Source of the DNA: Escherichia phage vB_EcoM-UFV06
Sequence record: OP555980.1
Length of the DNA stretch: 64,000 nucleotides
Reading direction: 5' to 3' (one strand)
Both the position numbers and the translations under genes were made by a program. Positions 19,691 to 29,057 of the stretch are shown piece by piece. Numbering within the stretch: the first letter of the stretch is position 1; every line of letters starts with the position of its first letter. The notes below the pieces were generated by a model. The model saw only the letters and a list, made by a program, of their open reading frames with translations, searched no databases and was not told the DNA's origin.

Positions 19691-20659
19691 TTATTTCAGA
19701 AGAGTAACCTCAGCGATTTCTTCCCAACCGTTTTTGTCGGTCATAATAAAGTCAGCAAGATAAAGAGCAGTACGCAGTGAAACATTGCGTAAACGATTAA
19801 CATTGACTTTCATCCATGATAATGCTTTATAAGTTTCTTCATCAGAAAGACCGCGCTTTTGCATCATGTCAGTTGAAAGAATAACATCTTCAACCCTGAC
19901 CATAATTTCTTCATTAGTGTGAACACCCAAATCCAAATAAACTGAGCGGGACACTAATGCTTGTAAATGTGGAGCAAGTTTAGTACCACGGTCTAATTCG
20001 CGGTCAATGTCAACGTTTGTGATAAAAACAATCGTTCCTTTAAATTCAAACTCACGCTCAATGCCTTTTTCTTCTAAGTAAGAAGATGCAGTGCTCCAGC
20101 AGACTTTACGGGTCTCTCCAGTGTCCAGAGCAGCTTTCAGAAGATTAAGAATGTCCATATCAGAGAAAACATCCACATCATCAATCAAAAGGACAGAATT
20201 CTCTTCACGATTATTCCAAAGCTGCTCATAAAGACCAATACCAGAGATTTTACCATTAATGCTTTTATATTCAATGTATCCAATATCATTTGCTTTATTT
20301 AAAGCTTTATCTAAAGAATACGTTTTACCAATACCCGCCGCACCAGAGATAATTAATGAACGAATGTTTCCGTTAATAATACCATTCGTCATCATTCCCA
20401 TAACATTAAATCTTTTATTAATGCGGGTTTTCATATCTTCATATGATTCTTTAACTTCTTCAACTTTTACACCATCATATGAAATGTCTGATTTGTAAAC
20501 CCAAACACCGCGACGTTTACCGTCAATTTCAACAAAAACTTTACCATCTCCTTGTGCATCTACTGGGGCATTATCAGGGAACCACTCACCTAAGAGTTCA
20601 AAAGTTCCAGAGATTTCTTTGCCAAAGTAGATACCCTTATTGATAGTTACAGTTTTCAT
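19691..20659 (-). CDS. P-loop/AAA-type ATPase, function unknown
   Basis: Walker A GAAGIGKTYS and Walker B LLIDDVD; ATG at 20659 downstream of an early promoter. Confidence 0.6.
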   Translation of the reverse strand: MKTVTINKGIYFGKEISGTFELLGEWFPDNAPVDAQGDGKVFVEIDGKRRGVWVYKSDISYDGVKVEEVKESYEDMKTRINKRFNVMGMMTNGIINGNIRSLIISGAAGIGKTYSLDKALNKANDIGYIEYKSINGKISGIGLYEQLWNNREENSVLLIDDVDVFSDMDILNLLKAALDTGETRKVCWSTASSYLEEKGIEREFEFKGTIVFITNVDIDRELDRGTKLAPHLQALVSRSVYLDLGVHTNEEIMVRVEDVILSTDMMQKRGLSDEETYKALSWMKVNVNRLRNVSLRTALYLADFIMTDKNGWEEIAEVTLLK

Positions 20660-20693
20660 TTTATTCTCCAAATCCGTATCAGTTGATAGTTGT

Positions 20694-20722
20694 ATAGTAC
20701 CATAAAGCTTTATGCTTGTAAA
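20694..20722 (-). promoter_or_regulatory. Early promoter (sigma70-type)
   Basis: Minus-strand TTTACA, 17 bp, TACTAT; same conserved block. Confidence 0.6.
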
Positions 20723-20754
20723 CTGTTTTGTGAAAAAATTTTTGAAATAAAAAA

Positions 20755-20772
20755 GGGAGCCCGAAGGCTCCC
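20755..20772 (-). terminator. Intrinsic terminator
   Basis: gggagcc-cgaa-ggctccc stem-loop followed by TTTTTT on the minus strand. Confidence 0.65.
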
Positions 20773-20774
20773 TA

Positions 20775-21788
20775 TCATTTATAATAACTTCGGTGGTTTT
20801 CAAGATAGACCTTCTCAAGGAAGTCATCCCAGAAACCCATGTCTACTTTTTGCTGCATACCGTTCTTAGAAGCTTCAGTAGATGCTGCTTCTACTTGATC
20901 GACCACATCTTCCAAAAACTCTTGAACTGTTTTAAATGGATGTTTACCCAACTTCACGTCGAGAATAAATGGAGCGTCTTGAAGTGGATAAACTAAGTCA
21001 CCAGTTTTGTAAATTTCCAATAGTTGAAGTCCACCACGACAGGCATGGCTCAGAGCTTTCCAGTCAATACCTTCATTGGCTTCGGCCTTACGAGCACGTT
21101 CACCATATTCAGCATCTAATTTGTTCAGTGACTGCTTAAGCTCAATAAGAGAAAGCGTTGTCTGATATTTACGACCCAACACAGTGTAGAACGTTTGTGG
21201 GCCTGTTTTCTCATGATTATGGAACACCCATTCACAGAATTCGTTTTCTGGAAGACGATGCTTAATATCTTCAATTTTAGTGCGACGTTGTCCTTGTGTT
21301 CCATCTTCTCGGTAGACATTCCGTTGATCAGGAATTTGATTAACTACTTTCAACACATCACGTAATGCAGCCAAACGAGAACCCTTGACACCGTATTTAG
21401 AAGCTTGCTTGCGAACATATCCTAAATAGGATTTCATGTTAGTCGTATAAAAACGAGAACGATTGTCTTGAATAAACTTCCACACATCAGGCAAATCAGA
21501 TTTAACCACTAGTTCAGGTGGAGTGTGAAGCATATCCAATGCTACAGTTTCACCATCTGCTGCTAATTTAAAGAAATACTTAAGACTATACAATTCGTGG
21601 TCAATATCATCTTTAGTGTTTTTAGATGATGTGTTGTTAGTGTTTTTACTCATGTGCTCTTTGACATTTCCAATAAGAATATCGCGAGCAGGAGGAACAA
21701 AGATTTCTTTAAAATCTACATCAGATTCTGGAGTAGAAGTTCCATAAAGATGACTACCAAAATAGCTTTTCATTACTGTTTTCATCAT
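20775..21788 (-). CDS. Predicted nucleotidyltransferase (pol-beta superfamily fold)
   Basis: N-terminal GSHLYGTSTPESDVDF matches the G[SG]x(9-13)DxD nucleotidyltransferase signature; 337 aa. Confidence 0.5.
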   Translation of the reverse strand: MMKTVMKSYFGSHLYGTSTPESDVDFKEIFVPPARDILIGNVKEHMSKNTNNTSSKNTKDDIDHELYSLKYFFKLAADGETVALDMLHTPPELVVKSDLPDVWKFIQDNRSRFYTTNMKSYLGYVRKQASKYGVKGSRLAALRDVLKVVNQIPDQRNVYREDGTQGQRRTKIEDIKHRLPENEFCEWVFHNHEKTGPQTFYTVLGRKYQTTLSLIELKQSLNKLDAEYGERARKAEANEGIDWKALSHACRGGLQLLEIYKTGDLVYPLQDAPFILDVKLGKHPFKTVQEFLEDVVDQVEAASTEASKNGMQQKVDMGFWDDFLEKVYLENHRSYYK

Positions 21789-22246
21789 TCAGCCTTATAT
21801 TCAATAACAGGACATACTTTAGCTTTACGGGCTTTTAAAAATTCGACGATAATAGATTTCTTGGGTTGAATAGGAGGTAAACCTTTATACGCCCTATCAA
21901 TATTTTCTACATGTAAAGCATAATCCTTTTTCCATTTATAATCTTTATATTTTTCATGCAGTTGTGCAGGAATAACAAATGAACCAATAATAAGTAAAAC
22001 AAGCAAAATGGCAAGTATAAATGCCGATGGAATAAGAGTCCATAAACTACCAAAAATAAGCCATTTCTGTATGATTTCTGCGCAGATAATAGTTAGACCT
22101 GCGAGTATAGTACATCCGAAAAAAGAAACGAAAAATGTAGGGATAACAATAGACCAAAAGTATGCACACAGTGTCTTAGGTCGTTTCCATTCGTCGTTAA
22201 ACAGTTTGAATAATTTATAGTGCCAAGAGTTTTCATTAATAATCAT
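21785..22246 (-). CDS. Hypothetical membrane protein (153 aa)
   Basis: Two long hydrophobic segments. Confidence 0.45.
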   Translation of the reverse strand: MIINENSWHYKLFKLFNDEWKRPKTLCAYFWSIVIPTFFVSFFGCTILAGLTIICAEIIQKWLIFGSLWTLIPSAFILAILLVLLIIGSFVIPAQLHEKYKDYKWKKDYALHVENIDRAYKGLPPIQPKKSIIVEFLKARKAKVCPVIEYKAE

Positions 22247-22248
22247 AA

Positions 22249-22770
22249 TTATCCTTTCATTGAAGGTGTAACAGTTGTTAAATACTTAATCATAGCTTCA
22301 GCTTCTGATTTTGATAATGAAATTTCTCCATTGTTTTGACGAATAGAAATAAAATCCGGATGACGGTCACCACCAGCTTTTAAAACACACATATAAGTAT
22401 CAGTTTCATCTTCAATATCTGAAATGATTGAAGCAGTTCCGCATGAATGTGGTTTTTGATAAATCAATACAGCTTTTCTTCCACCATTTGACTGTTCATA
22501 GGCTTTTAATACATCAAACAAATCAGTTCTTTTATCAATAGCTAAAATGTTATTTTCATCTTCAATGTTAAATCCTTCGGATACTTCATAAAGTGTTACC
22601 CATAAATCACCGATGTCAATAACAGCATTTCCTTTTCCACGACTTTCAAGAATATGACAAATTTTCTTTATTTCGTCATAACTCATTTTAATAATATCAT
22701 CTCCTTGAATAAGGAAGATGTCATTTTTAAATTTAACGCGAATTAAACCGCTTTCACTAGAAATAAACAT
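22249..22770 (-). CDS. Hypothetical protein (173 aa)
   Basis: C-terminal segment SIRQ...EAxAxxxYLxxVxPxM shared with the adjacent ORF. Confidence 0.45.
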   Translation of the reverse strand: MFISSESGLIRVKFKNDIFLIQGDDIIKMSYDEIKKICHILESRGKGNAVIDIGDLWVTLYEVSEGFNIEDENNILAIDKRTDLFDVLKAYEQSNGGRKAVLIYQKPHSCGTASIISDIEDETDTYMCVLKAGGDRHPDFISIRQNNGEISLSKSEAEAMIKYLTTVTPSMKG

Positions 22771-22776
22771 ATTTCC

Positions 22777-23334
22777 TCACTTTGAAATCATAGTTGGAAT
22801 AACAGAATCAAGATAAGTTTTTAGTGCAATAGCTTCGTCTTTGTTTAATGTAATGATATGTGATCGAAAATCGTCAATTTGACGAATAGATACTACATCT
22901 CCCTCTTCATAGCATTTTGAAACATTTAAAATAGTTTCATCATTCTGATTACAGGAGTTAGTAATAATAGCATTACATTTTTTAAACCATTTTAAATTAT
23001 GTTTTCTTTTAGTAGAATCATAAAAATATTTAATGTTAGTTATAAAATTATCCCAATTATTAATTGATAAGCACATTGACTCGCTTTTAATATTAAATCC
23101 TGGGCATGAAGAATAAAAATGAATTTTATGCTCATCATTAATGCTTACAATTTTATCAGTGTAAGCATATTCAATTTGGGTTAAACGAACAATTTCACTA
23201 GGCGTAAAATATAACATGTCGTCTTCTTGCGTCAAACGATACATGTTATTTACTTTTTCGATCGCTAATTCACCAAAAAGCACACTATCTTCTAATACTA
23301 ATCGTTTCATATTGATTCTCTTCGACTCACTCAC
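22777..23334 (-). CDS. Hypothetical protein (185 aa), paralog-like of 22249..22770
   Basis: Shared C-terminal motif. Confidence 0.45.
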   Translation of the reverse strand: MSESKRINMKRLVLEDSVLFGELAIEKVNNMYRLTQEDDMLYFTPSEIVRLTQIEYAYTDKIVSINDEHKIHFYSSCPGFNIKSESMCLSINNWDNFITNIKYFYDSTKRKHNLKWFKKCNAIITNSCNQNDETILNVSKCYEEGDVVSIRQIDDFRSHIITLNKDEAIALKTYLDSVIPTMISK

Positions 23335-23664
23335 AATTACATACTCCTCTGAATCATATCAATAATGTTGTTCACCAGATTATAAGTAAACATTGGGTAA
23401 TTATATTGAATCATCACATACACAACAAACAAAACTTTCATTCTCTTCTCCTTGGCAGTTGACAAGATTACTATACCATAACCTTGCCAACTTGTAAACC
23501 ATTAAATGACGTTTTCAATAAAATTCTGAAGCTTTGTGTGAGCATCAACCATGATTTTCATTTCTTCTTTGGCGAAAGCTGTACCTCTTTCCCGAGAAGA
23601 ACACTCATAGTCAGAAACTGCATTAGCATATTCTTCAATTAGTTTCATTAAAAACATCTGCTTT

Positions 23665-23859
23665 TCAGTTTTCATTATTCCACCTAATCATTTCAAGATA
23701 TTGAACTAACTTAGCTTTAGATTTATCCAAATCCTTTTTAGCTGCTTCTATACCGTCGTATGAATATCCTTCACAATGCTCAACTGCTAATTGATATGAA
23801 TCTATTTCAACATCACGTGCTAATTTAATGATTTTTTCAAACTGTTCGTGTGTCAGCAT
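23665..23859 (-). CDS. Hypothetical small protein (64 aa)
   Basis: ORF. Confidence 0.35.
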   Translation of the reverse strand: MLTHEQFEKIIKLARDVEIDSYQLAVEHCEGYSYDGIEAAKKDLDKSKAKLVQYLEMIRWNNEN

Positions 23860-23861
23860 AC

Positions 23862-24101
23862 TTAAACTCTCGTATTGTGATCGATAATTTCATCAAGAAA
23901 CATATCTAAAGCTTCCACAGCATTATCAACTTTAGCTTCAAGTTCATCAATACCTTTATTTGCAATGCCTGACGAAAACCAAGCAAAGTCGCTAAGTTCC
24001 TCATCTGCTTTACGAATTAAAGCTACCAATTCCTTAATTTTATCCGCTTGTTCGATACTAATCATTATTCCACCACATATGAAAGAGAGAATATTGCACA
24101 T
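23862..24101 (-). CDS. Hypothetical small protein (79 aa)
   Basis: ORF. Confidence 0.35.
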   Translation of the reverse strand: MCNILSFICGGIMISIEQADKIKELVALIRKADEELSDFAWFSSGIANKGIDELEAKVDNAVEALDMFLDEIIDHNTRV

Positions 24102-24253
24102 GCCATGTGAGTTGCAACTTCATCACACATATTATAACGTTTCTTAAGAAGTTCTACAAGTTTTTCACTAGTAACTTCATCCATGTTGACGAAAAAATCA
24201 CCATTAATGATGACGTAGATATTTCCTTCTTGATTGAGTGCTTCAATTTTCAT
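24065..24253 (-). CDS. Hypothetical small protein (about 62 aa)
   Basis: ATG at 24253 downstream of an early promoter. Confidence 0.35.
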   Translation of the reverse strand: MKIEALNQEGNIYVIINGDFFVNMDEVTSEKLVELLKKRYNMCDEVATHMACAIFSLSYVVE

Positions 24254-24281
24254 GATGTTCTCCTCTTTATCCGATAGTTGT

Positions 24282-24310
24282 ATAGTATAACAGCTCAAAC
24301 GGAAAGTAAA
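24282..24310 (-). promoter_or_regulatory. Early promoter (sigma70-type)
   Basis: Minus-strand TTTACT, 17 bp, TACTAT. Confidence 0.5.
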
Positions 24311-24327
24311 CCGGTAAAATGAAAAAA

Positions 24328-24343
24328 GTCTCCCGAAGGAGAC
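24328..24343 (-). terminator. Intrinsic terminator
   Basis: gtctcc-cgaa-ggagac stem-loop followed by TTTTTT on the minus strand. Confidence 0.65.
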
Positions 24344-24348
24344 TAATG

Positions 24349-24735
24349 TTATTCGAGGGAAAGAAGATACTTACTCTGGTAAAACATCCCAGTAATATCA
24401 TCTATCGTGCTTTGGATGGCTGGAGGCATTTCTTTATAAATGCTGTTAGATTGGTCTAGTATGCGATCAATCATTTTAATTGTGTCGGTAGGAAGTTTAC
24501 TGGCATCTGGAATTGAAGGCGTGTATTTTCTACCAGAATACCCCAAATATTGCTCACCAAATTTATCAATCAAATCTGGCAACTCGGAAAAAATAAAATC
24601 GTATGCTTTGTGTCTAGCATAACTTTTAGTTTCAAAATGTGCAGAATGAAAATAAGCTTGTGCAGCCATTAATAAACCTAAGTATTCATCTGCCTTTGAA
24701 GGTTTTCCACTTTGTGAAAAGTCGCTGAATTTCAT
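24349..24735 (-). CDS. Hypothetical protein (128 aa)
   Basis: ORF directly downstream of rI. Confidence 0.45.
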   Translation of the reverse strand: MKFSDFSQSGKPSKADEYLGLLMAAQAYFHSAHFETKSYARHKAYDFIFSELPDLIDKFGEQYLGYSGRKYTPSIPDASKLPTDTIKMIDRILDQSNSIYKEMPPAIQSTIDDITGMFYQSKYLLSLE

Positions 24736-25025
24736 TCAGTCTCCAATTTAATGTTCATAATTCTAGCGTATGATTGTGCCATCTCCGCGCCTCGTTCTAT
24801 ACATTCAAAATCAGAAGAGCACGGGTCATTTTTATAGGTCGTTCTCATAAAACTATAGAATTGTTCAGACGATTCTACGCTTTTATTTTCAAAAAGTGTA
24901 TAAACGTGCCTAATACCAGATTCCATAAATTTATCAAAATGAGGATCGACATTCGCTTCAATTGATGGAGATAAAACAAATGACAATCCTAGCATGGCAA
25001 AAAGTGCCGTTGCTTTTAAGGCCAT
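24732..25025 (-). CDS. rI: Lysis-inhibition regulator (antiholin) RI
   Basis: 97 aa; signal-anchor N-terminus MALKATALFAMLGLSFVLSPSIEA; matches recalled T4 RI. Confidence 0.8.
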   Translation of the reverse strand: MALKATALFAMLGLSFVLSPSIEANVDPHFDKFMESGIRHVYTLFENKSVESSEQFYSFMRTTYKNDPCSSDFECIERGAEMAQSYARIMNIKLETE

Positions 25026-25037
25026 AAAGGCCTCCTA

Positions 25038-25250
25038 TCATTTTTGTCCTGTATTTACTTTATGCCGATGCACGGCCTTAACTTTATCAAGGTATTTTTC
25101 AAAATTTCGCAATCTAGTATAGTCTGCCGGAGATTGGTTGAGTGATACTTCTCGACGCAAAGCTGAAATGATATTTCCAACTTCCCTACGAATTTCATCT
25201 AATTGAAGCACAGTAAGATTGCGAAGTTGCTTTTCAGTTAATTGTAGCAT
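25038..25250 (-). CDS. Hypothetical protein (70 aa)
   Basis: ORF between tk and rI. Confidence 0.4.
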
Positions 25251-25292
25251 ATATACCCCTTTAGTTAGATAAACCTATTTATAACTTTTGCA

Positions 25293-25874
25293 CTAACCGA
25301 GCTTTTTAGTTAATTCATTCCAATGTTTTCTACACAAAGAAACATAAATTTCATCACCAATACAGATTTGATTACCTTCTTTAACTGGTGTTCCATCTTC
25401 CATTAATCGAGCTGTCATAATCGCTTTTTTACCGCAATGACAAACTGCCTTTAGTTCAATAAGTTTATCTGCAATCGCTAAAAGTTCTTTAGAACCTTCA
25501 AACAATTTTCCAGCGAAATCAGTCCTTAATCCATAAGCCATAACAGGAACATTATATGTATCAACAATTCGACTTAATTGATGCACCTGTTCAGTTTTTA
25601 AAAACTGAGCTTCATCTACAAATACGCAATGAATATCTTTTTGTGCTTCAGCCCATTTATAGAACTCGAAAATATCCATATCATCTGTAATAATATTCGC
25701 TTCCTGTTTAATTCCAATGCGAGAAACAACTTCACAGACAGAATCGCGAGTATCAATAGCAGGCTTAAGAACTAATACACTCATTCCACGTTCTTTATAA
25801 TTATGTGCAGCAGTCAAAAGAGAAGCAGATTTTCCAGCATTCATTGCTGCATAAGTAAAAATTAAACTCGCCAT
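25293..25874 (-). CDS. tk: Thymidine kinase
   Basis: 193 aa; P-loop MNAGKSASLL; CHCGKKA...C..C zinc ribbon. Confidence 0.9.
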   Translation of the reverse strand: MASLIFTYAAMNAGKSASLLTAAHNYKERGMSVLVLKPAIDTRDSVCEVVSRIGIKQEANIITDDMDIFEFYKWAEAQKDIHCVFVDEAQFLKTEQVHQLSRIVDTYNVPVMAYGLRTDFAGKLFEGSKELLAIADKLIELKAVCHCGKKAIMTARLMEDGTPVKEGNQICIGDEIYVSLCRKHWNELTKKLG

Positions 25875-25883
25875 ATCACCTTC

Positions 25884-26069
25884 TTAAAGCGTATTCACAT
25901 AAGCTATTAATTCATTTTCTTTCTTATCAAACCGATCAGCAAATTCTTCCTGCTGCTCGGGAGATAGCGGGCCGTATTCATCATAAAAGGTGTTTGCTTC
26001 TATATGCTCATCTAGAAGTTCATGGATAAGCTCAAACAATTTATCTTTTTGTTCTTTGCTTAGACTCAT
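25884..26069 (-). CDS. Hypothetical small acidic protein (61 aa)
   Basis: ORF. Confidence 0.4.
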   Translation of the reverse strand: MSLSKEQKDKLFELIHELLDEHIEANTFYDEYGPLSPEQQEEFADRFDKKENELIAYVNTL

Positions 26070-26235
26070 ATATTAATTTCCAGGAGTTTTAAAATAATTC
26101 GCTTTTGCTTAAATATTTCCATAGTTAAATGACCAGTATCTTTTTGACCGATTCCAATGGCAAAACCTTTATTAACAGCGAGTTCAATTAAATTATCAAG
26201 CTCACGTAACACTTCGTATTGTAACTCAAAACTAT

Positions 26236-26463
26236 TCATTTTGGTTTACCTTCTTTAACGAAATCAGGATAAGGGTAAAATCCTGAATAAAATCCTTCAC
26301 CTTTATGATTGATGCATCCTTTATTAGAACAATAGCACCAATAATCGAAATCACAAGCCATTTCATCGTTGCATAAAGCAAAAACAACCGGCCACTTACA
26401 CTTTTCACAGTGGGCATTTTTAAGAATACTAGTTTGGCTCATAACCATGTAACCTTTAAGCAA
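26236..26463 (-). CDS. Hypothetical cysteine-rich protein (75 aa)
   Basis: CEKCKW...C..C..C.C...C pattern; preferred over the overlapping alternative frame. Confidence 0.35.
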   Translation of the reverse strand: MLKGYMVMSQTSILKNAHCEKCKWPVVFALCNDEMACDFDYWCYCSNKGCINHKGEGFYSGFYPYPDFVKEGKPK

Positions 26464-26651
26464 TATTCTTCTACATGTTGTTTACGACCTTTCTTATCAA
26501 TAAAGGTATATTCAACGAATGTTCCAATGTAGTCTTTATCTACATCATGTGGACTATTAATTGGACATTTAGTACGGCAAATGCGTTCCCATTGACGAAT
26601 AATTTCCACTTTGTTTTTAGGATCAAACGGATGTGGGTAATGTACTTTCAT
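26439..26651 (-). CDS. Hypothetical protein (70 aa)
   Basis: ORF. Confidence 0.35.
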   Translation of the reverse strand: MKVHYPHPFDPKNKVEIIRQWERICRTKCPINSPHDVDKDYIGTFVEYTFIDKKGRKQHVEEYCLKVTWL

Positions 26652-27102
26652 AATCCACCACTATTAAATCAATATCAGGAGTAAACATGTCGATTAATTT
26701 AGAAACCTTATCCCAATCGCCGCCAGCAATACCACAACCTATGCGTGGAATGTAAATTACTGGTTTAAACAAAAGGGTTTCTGCCTGTAGATTTAATTCT
26801 ATCATGCAGTTTACTAAAGCACCATAATCAAGATTAGGACCTGGTTCGTATTGCGTATACAAGTTATAACATATGCCAAAACCATTAGGTTTATGTTTAA
26901 AAACAATAGACATATCGCCTAATTTATCACGAGAACCGTACTCGGTAGTGGTTTTATCTATTTCTAAAATTTTGGGATAGGCTCTTGCTAATTGACCAGC
27001 TACACCACTGCCCATTGTATGAAAACAATTGCACCCGTGCGCAATAATATTACCTTCAAGAAAGAGGGCGACAATATCGCCCTTGATATATTTTACAATC
27101 AT
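26623..27102 (-). CDS. Macro-domain protein (predicted ADP-ribose binding/hydrolase)
   Basis: KGDIVALFLEGNIIAHGCNCFHTMGSGVAGQL and IGCGIAGGDW resemble macro-domain binding-loop motifs. Confidence 0.55.
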   Translation of the reverse strand: MIVKYIKGDIVALFLEGNIIAHGCNCFHTMGSGVAGQLARAYPKILEIDKTTTEYGSRDKLGDMSIVFKHKPNGFGICYNLYTQYEPGPNLDYGALVNCMIELNLQAETLLFKPVIYIPRIGCGIAGGDWDKVSKLIDMFTPDIDLIVVDYESTLPTSV

Positions 27103-27446
27103 CTAGTACTCAATCCTCGATTATAAGAATCTACCAAACGGTCAACCATTGAATGACAAGCGGCTTTATCTTTCTCCTCCGCAACTGAACATTCTAAGGT
27201 ATTCCACTTTTTAGCATATCGTTTTAATAATGTATCGTTTTTGTATCTGCTTGATTTATCTCTTTCTCCGTCTTTATATGCATATATTAATTTCTGCGCA
27301 AATTCAGCTTGGCATGCTTTATTTTTCCCACAATAATCTGCCGCAGTGCGGTTCACATACTCCCTAATTTCAGTATATGATGTATCTGCTGACGCATAAG
27401 CAGAAAATGAAATTAATCCTATACATAAAACCAAAATTTTAGTCAT
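27099..27446 (-). CDS. Hypothetical secreted/periplasmic cysteine-containing protein (115 aa)
   Basis: Signal-peptide-like N-terminus MTKILVLCIGLISFSAYASA; four Cys; occupies the position where T4 has vs, identity unverified. Confidence 0.45.
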   Translation of the reverse strand: MTKILVLCIGLISFSAYASADTSYTEIREYVNRTAADYCGKNKACQAEFAQKLIYAYKDGERDKSSRYKNDTLLKRYAKKWNTLECSVAEEKDKAACHSMVDRLVDSYNRGLSTR

Positions 27447-27984
27447 TTACTATTTCCAAAAGTTTATTATTTTTAAGGTAGTTAGCCTTTTCTAGGACTT
27501 CAGAAGCATATTTAGAACCTGCTTTAACATTCCATCCCGAATTATAAGAGGATATTGCTTTTCTTATATCGCCCTTATGTATATTTAACCAATAAGAAAG
27601 TTCAATGTACGCCCAGGAAGCTGAATTGGATCGTTTATTCAACATTCTTTTTATTTCAGCATCGGTCATATTATAACCAAGTTCCTTAACTCTTGCTCGC
27701 ATAGTAGGCAAATAATTTTGGAACATTCCATAAGCGTGATGCTTTGGTTTAGATTTTAAATTAACTCCGCCAGAGCTTTCTTGCCATAAAATAGCAGCCA
27801 TTATATGACCTAATCCGCTCTTGTGGATATTTTTATGTGTTTTATATTTTCCATCCTTAGAAAACTGTTCCCCGAATTGATACGCGTAACGCATGTTATC
27901 GAGTTGGACATTACTGAAAGTATGCTCGGAGCTATGTGCCATCATTGAAATGGCCAATAGACCAGCGAGTAGTGCTTTTCTCAT
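27439..27984 (-). CDS. Secreted lytic-transglycosylase-like protein (SLT domain)
   Basis: Signal peptide MRKALLAGLLAISMMAHS; SLT-like motifs WQESSGG, GMFQ, SYNSG. Confidence 0.6.
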   Translation of the reverse strand: MRKALLAGLLAISMMAHSSEHTFSNVQLDNMRYAYQFGEQFSKDGKYKTHKNIHKSGLGHIMAAILWQESSGGVNLKSKPKHHAYGMFQNYLPTMRARVKELGYNMTDAEIKRMLNKRSNSASWAYIELSYWLNIHKGDIRKAISSYNSGWNVKAGSKYASEVLEKANYLKNNKLLEIVND

Positions 27985-27991
27985 GCTTACC

Positions 27992-28453
27992 TCATTGAGT
28001 TTTAATTACTGCTTTAGAAGCCTTTCCTGGTAAACGACGACTGTTAATAATTGCCATCCTGCATTGAAGCGACGGGTCTTTGAACTTCGCATTAGGTTTA
28101 CAAACTGTAAATCCAAGCCAAAGATTTCCATCTGTGATTTCTAAACGTCCAGGACGATATTCAACCCCATCAATAAAATCCTCGTCAATGTCAGGACGCG
28201 GAGGCATACTCAGGAATTCATTAACTTCTAAAACATGGTCTTTTATTTTATGGAATAATTCAAAAACGTATGTCTCATCAATCTCCCGTTGAATTGCGCG
28301 ATCAAGAAGATGTTGAGAATATTTTAGATGAAACGATGAGACCCCTGCTGCTTTTGATGCCTCACGAATCTCATTGTTAATTTGACGAAACTCCGACTCA
28401 AAGTGACGACGAAGCTTATTTCGACGGATAAAAACTTCTGTGTTGATAGTCAT
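27992..28453 (-). CDS. regB: Site-specific RNA endonuclease RegB
   Basis: 153 aa; length, position and sequence as recalled for T4 RegB. Confidence 0.8.
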   Translation of the reverse strand: MTINTEVFIRRNKLRRHFESEFRQINNEIREASKAAGVSSFHLKYSQHLLDRAIQREIDETYVFELFHKIKDHVLEVNEFLSMPPRPDIDEDFIDGVEYRPGRLEITDGNLWLGFTVCKPNAKFKDPSLQCRMAIINSRRLPGKASKAVIKTQ

Positions 28454-28480
28454 GTTATTCTCCTCTTAACTGATAGAAAA

Positions 28481-28509
28481 ATTATACCACAGTCAAGAGG
28501 AAAAGTAAA
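28481..28509 (-). promoter_or_regulatory. Early promoter (sigma70-type)
   Basis: Minus-strand TTTACT, 17 bp, TATAAT. Confidence 0.55.
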
Positions 28510-28512
28510 CAG

Positions 28513-28791
28513 TTATTCTTTAAATCTAATCAATTTATTCATAGACTTTGAAACTTCTGTACGAACCTCATGTAGATTTTTGAGTTGTTCAAGACGCTGC
28601 GTATAGTAAGCAATTTCATCTTCTTCGAGACAGTCCTGTGAATCTTCTTTAAGATAGCGTGCATAGTCCTGGAAAGCGTTACGGATTACTTCCTGGAAAT
28701 CATCAAGACTTTGAATTTTCTTAGGAGCAGCAGATACACGACGAGGGGCAGTATAATACTCATAACCAAACCCTGCGCTTAATTGAGCCAT
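28513..28791 (-). CDS. Hypothetical protein (about 92 aa)
   Basis: Internal ATG abuts the upstream stop. Confidence 0.35.
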   Translation of the reverse strand: MAQLSAGFGYEYYTAPRRVSAAPKKIQSLDDFQEVIRNAFQDYARYLKEDSQDCLEEDEIAYYTQRLEQLKNLHEVRTEVSKSMNKLIRFKE

Positions 28792-29057
28792 TAGTATTTT
28801 TCCTCTGGTTGGAACACAGCACGACAAGCCCACATACTGGCTTCTTTGAGTTTCGTTTTAGCAATAGTTAACTGATCGAGGCTTTCGGCGTAATTCTTCG
28901 CGAGTTCATCATCTTCACAGCTATCAAATGCTTCCCAAAATTCATCGTATAAAGCATCAAAGATAAGTCCTAAACGAACTTCAGCGTCTTTAATAGCATT
29001 TACTTTACCGATTTTTTCGTCGGTATGTGGCTTATAACCTTTAATATCTTCAATCAT
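28791..29057 (-). CDS. Hypothetical protein (about 88 aa)
   Basis: ORF. Confidence 0.35.
   Translation of the reverse strand: MIEDIKGYKPHTDEKIGKVNAIKDAEVRLGLIFDALYDEFWEAFDSCEDDELAKNYAESLDQLTIAKTKLKEASMWACRAVFQPEEKY

Noticed and set aside
26232-26417. Alternative 61-aa membrane-like ORF overlapping the cysteine-rich ORF in another frame
   Set aside because: Both cannot plausibly be real; the cysteine-rich frame was preferred but neither is certain.
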